This document shows positions 57,589 through 64,000 of a stretch of 64,000 nt of DNA, piece by piece. Made by a program: the position numbers and the translations under genes. The notes under the pieces were generated by a model, which saw only the letters and a list, made by a program, of their open reading frames with translations, was not told where the DNA came from and made no database searches. The stretch's first letter is position 1. Each line of letters begins with the position of its first letter. Source of the DNA: an uncultured virus (IMG/VR IMGVR_UViG_3300028048_003162) (Duplodnaviria > Heunggongvirae > Uroviricota > Caudoviricetes); IMG/VR virus record IMGVR_UViG_3300028048_003162; one strand, 5' to 3'.

Positions 57589-59880
57589 ATGAATTTGAAT
57601 AGGCTTATCTTGGCAGAATATATGCCATACGCTAAGGTAACTCTGATAAGCAGAGCAATTCCGAGAATTGATGGTTTCAAACCTGTACAGAGGCGTATTG
57701 TTTATACGATGAACAATATGGGGTTACTTAAGGGAGGTAGAGCAAAATCTCAACGTATCAATGGTCAGGTAATGGCATATCACCCTCATGGTGATAGCAG
57801 TATTTATGAGGCAGCAGTATTGATGACTACAGGTTATGAAGGATTGAACCTGCCTTATATTGAAAGTAAGGGATCATTTGGTAAGGTTTACTCACGTGAC
57901 CTGAAATATTCTGCACCTCGATATACAGAGATGAAACTTGCACCAATCGCAGGAGAATTATTTGATGGCATCAATGAAAATGCAGTTGATATGGTTGATA
58001 ACTTTGACAATACATTGAAAGAGCCTAAAATACTTCCTGTTAAATTTCCTAACATTCTGGTAAACACAAGTGCAGGTGTGGCAGTAGGGTTTAGCTGTTA
58101 TATTCCTTCATTCTCACTCAAAGGTGTTTGTGAGTCTACGATTGGAATTATCAACGGCACTATTGATTCACCTGATAAACTTGCAGATGTAATTGGTAAT
58201 CCTGAGTTTACAACTGGTGGGTACTTACACTCAAGTAGAGAAAAGCTTGTAAATTTGTGTAAGACAGGTAAAGGCACTTTCATGATCAGTGGAGATGTAG
58301 AAATCTACTCTGATAGAATTGTAATTACAGAGATTCCTTATTGTACTACAGCAGAAGCAATCATGGAGGATCTTGAGGCAGCAGTTAAGGAAAAGAGGAT
58401 CAATGGAATTAAAGACATTCGTGATGAAATTGGTCTTGCCGGTTTAAGATTAGTTGTCGAGGTAAAGAGTGGGTATAACTCTAGAGAGGTTCTGCAGGAG
58501 GTTTGTAGACTGACTAAACTGCGTACAACAATTTCATTTAGAACTCGTGTGGTTGTAGATGAGCGTTGTAAAGAGATGGGAATTTATGACCTGTTGCAGT
58601 ATTGGATTGAGAACAGACAGGAGCAGATTAGGAGAGTCAGAGAGTTTAGAGCTAACAAGCAGAAAACAGAGGCTCACTTACTTGAGGCTTGGGAGAAAAT
58701 CTTTAATAACCTGCCTGAAGTAGTTCATATGATCAGTAGTAATACAGAGGATAATGCGCGTGCAATTCTGATGAGCAAATATGGTTTAGATGAGTTGCAG
58801 ACAGATTATCTGATGGACATGAGAATTAGACTTATCACAAAAGATAGAGCACAGAAGTCAATTAACAAGCTTAATGATTTGAGAGCTAGCATTGCTGAAT
58901 TAGAGAGCATCTGCAGTGATAAAAATAAGAGATACAAGATTATTATTGAAGAGCAGGAAGAAATTTTAAGAAAGTACTCTAAAGAAAGCAAGACAAAGAT
59001 GGCAGTTGAGTTAAGCGAGGAAGTTTTGAAAGCTAAGAAGACTGAAATTAGTGACGAGCAGACAGTAGTAATTGTAACTGATACAGGTTATATTAGAAGA
59101 TTAACCTCTCTGAAAGACCTTACTGGTACATATGAATCAAAGAATGGAGACAAGGAGGTTATGAGGTTTAACATTAAGAATAACCAGCATATCCTTATCT
59201 TCGATAGGTTTGGTACAGTTCATAAGGTGCTTGTGGATGATATTGATGCAAGTTCAAGAGCAAATATGACAGATAAGATTAACGAGATTGCAGGTATTGA
59301 AAAGATTTCAGACATTATCTGGATTGATGGTTGTGGTGATTACAAAGGATACTTCAATTTGGTTTATCCGAATGGACGTGGAACAAGAGTAATGTACAGT
59401 AGTGCATCTGGTAATAGATCACAATACAAGAGCTTATATAAAGAGGTTAAACCTGGTCAGTATTGGGCAACTACAGAGAATAAGTTCTTTATGATCACTC
59501 ATAGAAACAAGGCATCATATTGCGACTTAACTAATCTAGGTCTTTTCAATAATAGATGTGCATTTAAGGTCGCTAGGGTGTCTAGTGGGGATTACTTCGT
59601 TAAGCTTCATCCTGAAAAAGATGTGCCTAATATTAAAGCCATTGACCTTGACAAATACAAGAAAGATTACACAGTAGCTATTGGTGATGATCCTTTAGTG
59701 TTTGATCCTGAACTTGAGGAAAGAGTTAATGAGGCAATGAGGCAGGAGATTGAGCGTCTGAATAAAAAGCCACCTGAGAAGGGAAGTTTAGAGGACGTGC
59801 AGACAGTTGATGAGGCACTTGGACTTGAGGAAGGTACAGCTGCAGCTCAACAGGCAGAAATTGATAGCATGCAGGAGTAA
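57589..59880 (+). CDS. Type IIA DNA topoisomerase subunit A (GyrA/ParC family, no GyrA-box)
   Basis: SRAIPRIDGFKPVQRR, YHPHGDSSIYE, catalytic SAPRYTE, FPNILVN, ITEIPY; no QxRGGxG in the CTD. Confidence 0.95.
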   Translation: MNLNRLILAEYMPYAKVTLISRAIPRIDGFKPVQRRIVYTMNNMGLLKGGRAKSQRINGQVMAYHPHGDSSIYEAAVLMTTGYEGLNLPYIESKGSFGKVYSRDLKYSAPRYTEMKLAPIAGELFDGINENAVDMVDNFDNTLKEPKILPVKFPNILVNTSAGVAVGFSCYIPSFSLKGVCESTIGIINGTIDSPDKLADVIGNPEFTTGGYLHSSREKLVNLCKTGKGTFMISGDVEIYSDRIVITEIPYCTTAEAIMEDLEAAVKEKRINGIKDIRDEIGLAGLRLVVEVKSGYNSREVLQEVCRLTKLRTTISFRTRVVVDERCKEMGIYDLLQYWIENRQEQIRRVREFRANKQKTEAHLLEAWEKIFNNLPEVVHMISSNTEDNARAILMSKYGLDELQTDYLMDMRIRLITKDRAQKSINKLNDLRASIAELESICSDKNKRYKIIIEEQEEILRKYSKESKTKMAVELSEEVLKAKKTEISDEQTVVIVTDTGYIRRLTSLKDLTGTYESKNGDKEVMRFNIKNNQHILIFDRFGTVHKVLVDDIDASSRANMTDKINEIAGIEKISDIIWIDGCGDYKGYFNLVYPNGRGTRVMYSSASGNRSQYKSLYKEVKPGQYWATTENKFFMITHRNKASYCDLTNLGLFNNRCAFKVARVSSGDYFVKLHPEKDVPNIKAIDLDKYKKDYTVAIGDDPLVFDPELEERVNEAMRQEIERLNKKPPEKGSLEDVQTVDEALGLEEGTAAAQQAEIDSMQE

Positions 59881-59911
59881 TTGAGAGATATACATCTTGG
59901 AGGAATATTAA

Positions 59912-61492
59912 ATGTGGGATAGAGCAGTAGTACCTCTTGGTATAGAGGAATCTTTAAGAACAATGTTTTCTGCACTACTGACCGGAGGAATTGACAGAAG
60001 TGATCCTGGTAATGCATCGCTTCTGTCAAATAAGTCAAAGACAGCAAGGATTTGTTACTCTAGGTTTGTAGGGAAGTTTACATACAATATCTTTTATAAT
60101 AATTATGCTATCTTCTATGAGTTGTTTGTTACATTGGGTTTGCATACTTTCTCTGTTGAACAGGTGAGAGCATTGATGGATACAAATAGAGACCTTATTC
60201 TTGATAGCCCTTACATTGATAAGAGTAAATATGCTCAGACAATCAATGGAAACATTGCAGATGCTGATGATATACTTGAGGCAATTACAGAGGACTTAAT
60301 TGATTGTTTGGTTGAACTTTCACAGATTGAGGTTACAGAGGATGAATTTGGTTCAGCTTGTGAAGTCTACACAGTATGGTATAAGACAGCATATGCTGAA
60401 TCAATTGCACTTGATATGTCAGCTATTATGTCAGATGCAGGGTTTGATGATAAGCAACCTGGAAAAAGAACAGTGCATTTGCATGGTTTAGATGACATGG
60501 TTAAGTATTATAATAACAATATGAGAATAATCAAGTCATTGTCAGAAGAGGGAGCAGTAACAAGCACTGTGGTTGACTCTAAATGGTTTGAGAATGAAAT
60601 GAAGAATGAAAACCAGAAAGACAATAAGGCACTGTTTCCGATTGGATTACCTGAAATTGATGCAACTGTTGGAGACCTTAGACGTGGCAATATGTTAGGT
60701 ATCATGGGACCTCCTAAGGGTGGCAAGACAAGGTTTGCTAACTTCCTTGTAGAAAAAGCTCTCAAGCTTGGATATAATGTTTGTGTCTGGCCTCTGGAAG
60801 GTACAGAGGAAGAATGGTTGTCGATGCAGACATCTTGTTATATGGCAGAGACATCATATAATGAACTTAAATCAGGTAAGAGAGAGGGAATGATACGTAT
60901 ATCAAGTGGAGATATACTTGATAAGAAATACTTGAGTTCTAATGAAATGAGAAAGCAGGTAGCAGCGGCTAAAAAGGTGATTGCAACTAGTGAAAAACAG
61001 GGGCGTCTATCATTTATGCATGGTACAGCATATGTGGAGGATATGTTTGATCAGTTGCAGGCTCATTATGATAATGAGAATCCTTTTGATGTATTAGTGA
61101 TTGATCAGTTAGTAAACGTAATGTCACGTACAGGAAAAGGTAAGGTTGAGAGAATTTCTGAAGCATACATGCAGACGAAAAACTTTATTGCAAATGTGTT
61201 ACCTAAAGCAGCATTGGGAATTATGCCTTGTCAGTTAAAACAGGAAGTTGTAGACTTCTTAAGGAGAAATCCTGACGAAACAATTGATGTTACCGCAGGT
61301 GGTGAGACAGCAGAGACAGTTCGAACGCCTGATCAGGTCATTGGTTTATTCTCTTCAAAAGAGGAAAGAGCCAATAACATTATGAAAATTTACAGCGTTG
61401 CATCTCGACATAATGAGGACTTTCCTGATTTTCAGGCTAAATGCTATTTGGAATGTTGTTTCTTCTTACCTCAAGATGATTCAGCAGCATAG
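59912..61492 (+). CDS. DnaB-like SF4 replicative helicase
   Basis: IGLPEIDATVGDLRRG, Walker A GPPKGGKT, WPLEG, VLVIDQL, PCQL, PDQVIGL. Confidence 0.8.
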   Translation: MWDRAVVPLGIEESLRTMFSALLTGGIDRSDPGNASLLSNKSKTARICYSRFVGKFTYNIFYNNYAIFYELFVTLGLHTFSVEQVRALMDTNRDLILDSPYIDKSKYAQTINGNIADADDILEAITEDLIDCLVELSQIEVTEDEFGSACEVYTVWYKTAYAESIALDMSAIMSDAGFDDKQPGKRTVHLHGLDDMVKYYNNNMRIIKSLSEEGAVTSTVVDSKWFENEMKNENQKDNKALFPIGLPEIDATVGDLRRGNMLGIMGPPKGGKTRFANFLVEKALKLGYNVCVWPLEGTEEEWLSMQTSCYMAETSYNELKSGKREGMIRISSGDILDKKYLSSNEMRKQVAAAKKVIATSEKQGRLSFMHGTAYVEDMFDQLQAHYDNENPFDVLVIDQLVNVMSRTGKGKVERISEAYMQTKNFIANVLPKAALGIMPCQLKQEVVDFLRRNPDETIDVTAGGETAETVRTPDQVIGLFSSKEERANNIMKIYSVASRHNEDFPDFQAKCYLECCFFLPQDDSAA

Positions 61493-61694
61493 AAAAAGAG
61501 ATAGCAGATTAGAAAAGAATTAGTAGTTAAAATAAAGAGATGGTACAGCTTAAATATGAATGGATCAGTGTGGAACTCATATCACACTGATTCGTTGATG
61601 TTTAAGAGTATATGAGGACAATGAGTTCTACATAGTATTCAATATAAAAATAAATTAAATTTTATTTATAGTTTTTGAAAGGGAGATACTGGAC

Positions 61695-62372
61695 ATGGCA
61701 AATGTTTCAAATGAGCTATTGGAAATGTTGACTAACTTTACAGTGTGTGAGATAGGTGCTGGTGCTTTACAGGGTATTACATATGCATTATTGCTAAAGG
61801 ACAATCCGAAAGATGTTGAGGCATATAAAAGATATCTTAATATTGTGCAGGAGAGTCAAAAGTGTGGATTTAGGAGCAATGAGCTGTTTAGAGTGTACGA
61901 GATAGGAAATGGATATATCATGGACATGGATATCAGTACAGTCAAAACAATTACAGCAATCATGGCAAAAAAGATTTCTGATGAGAAAGCAGGTAAGAAA
62001 ATTCCTACAAACCTGATTGGAGATAGACCAGAGGAAAGAAGAAAGAAGGACATTGCAGCTTTAGCTAGATACCTTAAGTCAGAGTATGATAAGGGTAACA
62101 CACAATTGGAGTTAGCATTGTTTAGTAGGAACACTACACATAAGATTAGAATAAATGGAAAAGGACCTCGTGGAGAGGCATTGGTAATTGAGTACAATGC
62201 ATATGCAATTAGACATTGGGATATCGAGTTACTTAATGAAAAATTGTTAATACCTTGTGGGTTTAGAGTATGCAGGATTCAACCTTGTGAGGTACTTCCT
62301 TCTAAAACAGGGGTATCATTTATGTTTACTCTTGAGGACGTAAGAGATAAAATTGATATGCATAGGTTCTAA
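61695..62372 (+). CDS. Hypothetical protein
   Basis: 225-aa ORF, GGGAG RBS. Confidence 0.75.
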   Translation: MANVSNELLEMLTNFTVCEIGAGALQGITYALLLKDNPKDVEAYKRYLNIVQESQKCGFRSNELFRVYEIGNGYIMDMDISTVKTITAIMAKKISDEKAGKKIPTNLIGDRPEERRKKDIAALARYLKSEYDKGNTQLELALFSRNTTHKIRINGKGPRGEALVIEYNAYAIRHWDIELLNEKLLIPCGFRVCRIQPCEVLPSKTGVSFMFTLEDVRDKIDMHRF

Positions 62373-62400
62373 GATGATTTGAATAAGGTAGGACAGATAA

Positions 62401-62748
62401 ATGGCAATTGTAATTGGTATAGTACTTATATTTTTATTGTGTCTAGCAATAAAAGCTTTTTTGAATCTTAGAGAAATAAAGAGAGAGTTCACTTGTAGTA
62501 ATTGTGGACATATGTCAGATATATTGGAGTCTGGGTTAAAATGTGATAAATGTCATAGGACTTATGCTAAGACATATAAGAAATGGATATTTTATTTCAC
62601 AGCTACAGTGGTGACTTTAGATACCAGACATAATTGGTTTAAGTATAGATACAAAGAAGTAAGAAAATATTTCTTAAGGGAAATAGTAATAATCAGTTTA
62701 TGTATGATAATGCTTGGGGCATTTTTAGTAATACAGTTAGCTAAATGA
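62401..62748 (+). CDS. Small membrane protein with zinc ribbon
   Basis: N- and C-terminal TMs; CSNC and CDKC. Confidence 0.7.
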   Translation: MAIVIGIVLIFLLCLAIKAFLNLREIKREFTCSNCGHMSDILESGLKCDKCHRTYAKTYKKWIFYFTATVVTLDTRHNWFKYRYKEVRKYFLREIVIISLCMIMLGAFLVIQLAK

Positions 62749-62763
62749 AAGGACAGTTAAAGA

Positions 62764-63702
62764 ATGAAATTAACAGTTAGGCAACCAATAGCAAAAAATG
62801 ATGGAACATGTGAATTAAGAAATGTATCAGTAACAGACATTGTAGTTAATGGATATGCACTTATGGCTATTGATGGTTCTACATCTAATTCAGGTGTGGC
62901 TATTATGAGACAGCATGATTGTGCAATATTATACATTATTTCAGCTGAAAGAGACAAAAAGAATGAGTCACCTGTCAGGTACAAAATTGAGTTGAAACGT
63001 GCAATTAAGGATATACTTGCACGAAATAGATTTATTGATCAGATATACTATGAGGAACCTGTCATTGCTAATTTGAGTGCAGTATCTAATTTGTTTATGT
63101 TAAGGGCTTTCATTGAGGAAATGATCATTGAAAATGAGCCTGACTTTGACTACTTACAGCACTATGAAGTTCCTAATATGCGTTGGAAAAAATTATTCCT
63201 GGAGCCTGAAAAAGTACCTCAGTTCACAGATAATCAGAAAGAAGCAGTTAGAAATAAATTGATTACAGGGCTTCCTTTCTTAAGTGTCATCACACAAGAT
63301 GAGGTTGATGCATTATGTATGGGATTTGTATGTTGTCAGACACTAGCAAAGGGTGGTTCTGGTGAGGACATTCAGGCAAAGAAGAAAGCACATAGGTTTA
63401 AGTATAATATCAAGTTTATTGGTGCCGACGACAATGACTCAATGTTAGTTGAGCTTTGGGACATTTATGATGGACCTGAAAGCATTTTACAGAATGGCAT
63501 TAGATTGACAGAGATTGACAGTAAGACAAAGTTTGAACAGCACATATTTGAGACAATGGGCGACGATGATGCTTTGATAATCGTCAAATTTTCATCTAAA
63601 CATCACTCAAATCTTGTGCTTGAACATAGAATTGGTAACTTGTCTGCTATGTATGATTATATATACGCAGTTGTTTGGAGAGTTGCAAGGAAAAGAAATT
63701 AG
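62764..63702 (+). CDS. RuvC-like Holliday junction resolvase with C-terminal extension
   Basis: LMAIDGSTSNSGVAI, IYYEEP, RWKK, QDEVDALCMG. Confidence 0.8.
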   Translation: MKLTVRQPIAKNDGTCELRNVSVTDIVVNGYALMAIDGSTSNSGVAIMRQHDCAILYIISAERDKKNESPVRYKIELKRAIKDILARNRFIDQIYYEEPVIANLSAVSNLFMLRAFIEEMIIENEPDFDYLQHYEVPNMRWKKLFLEPEKVPQFTDNQKEAVRNKLITGLPFLSVITQDEVDALCMGFVCCQTLAKGGSGEDIQAKKKAHRFKYNIKFIGADDNDSMLVELWDIYDGPESILQNGIRLTEIDSKTKFEQHIFETMGDDDALIIVKFSSKHHSNLVLEHRIGNLSAMYDYIYAVVWRVARKRN

Positions 63703-63740
63703 CTATACACTATATTAAATTGAAAGGCGGTAGCAAGAAA

Positions 63741-64000
63741 ATGAGTAAGTGTGAATGGTGTGGTAATGAGCAAGGAATATTAAATCAGTACACAGATGCA
63801 ATTGGTGAGACACATAGTATTTGTAAGGATTGCCTTAGTAAAGTAAATGATTGCATTTGTAGAAAGTGTGGTACACCTACAGATTCTGAAATGATGATCA
63901 ATGGACTTTGTACAAATTGTGTTCAGGCAGACATGATGGAGAAGAGCAAGAAAAGAGAAGAAATCAGCATGGGGCTTCTTGACATTGATGGTGAGTGCTC
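63741..64000 (+). CDS. Cys-rich zinc-finger protein (3' truncated by window end; absent from the ORF track)
   Basis: MSKCEWCG...ICKDC...CICRKCG...LCTNC; open to the end of the window. Confidence 0.75.
   Translation, partial: MSKCEWCGNEQGILNQYTDAIGETHSICKDCLSKVNDCICRKCGTPTDSEMMINGLCTNCVQADMMEKSKKREEISMGLLDIDGEC

Larger units (their letters stand above)
1..64000 (+). mobile_element. Segment of a probable giant conjugative extrachromosomal element or megaplasmid of a Bacillota host
   Basis: All genes co-oriented and most are orphans; T4SS-like ATPases occur alongside private replication genes (DnaX, DnaB-like, topo II, RuvC-like); no housekeeping operons or virion genes. The class assignment is inference. 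Confidence 0.65.

Noticed and set aside
52537..59880. Naming the topoisomerase genes gyrA/gyrB, or inteins/introns explaining the split
   Set aside because: There is no GyrA-box, so gyrase is not supported. Both subunits are intact and of normal size, and the intervening genes show no homing-endonuclease or splicing motifs.
62764..63702. TnpB/Cas12-like RuvC nuclease
   Set aside because: Compact RuvC resolvase motif order with no Zn finger, transposase or flanking array.
1..64000. Jumbo phage or alternative genetic code
   Set aside because: No terminase, portal, capsid or tail motifs recognised. TAA, TAG and TGA all end genes at sensible boundaries with dense code-11 coding. Virion genes outside the window cannot be excluded.

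Overview
A 64-kb, AT-rich, gene-dense window in which every credible gene is on the + strand. The RBS and promoter style (GGAGG sites, sigmaA TTGACA boxes, rho-independent terminators) is Bacillota/Clostridia-like. It looks like the backbone of a very large autonomous mobile element (megaplasmid or giant extrachromosomal element), not an ordinary chromosome; that class assignment is inference. Recognisable parts: (i) dispersed replication and recombination genes: DnaX, DnaB-like SF4 helicase, DnaC/IstB-like ATPase, both subunits of a type IIA topoisomerase separated by three genes, RuvC-like resolvase, HU-like protein, SNF2-like helicase and an ArdC-like ssDNA-binding protein; (ii) a ~25-kb, highly divergent Gram-positive conjugation/T4SS-like cluster with a VirB4-like ATPase, an FtsK/TcpA-like coupling ATPase, a giant polytopic protein, lipoproteins, a CpaE/ParA-like protein and three paralogous membrane-hairpin proteins, unusually rich in acidic, Phe-studded disordered regions that share an LLxxMF motif; (iii) a TelA gene followed by five paralogous genes and a PIN nuclease; (iv) an orphan gene with tandem sigmaA promoters and highly-expressed codon usage. 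No phage structural genes, relaxase, tRNA, rRNA, CRISPR array or transposase were recognised. All family assignments come from motif recognition by eye; no searches were run.
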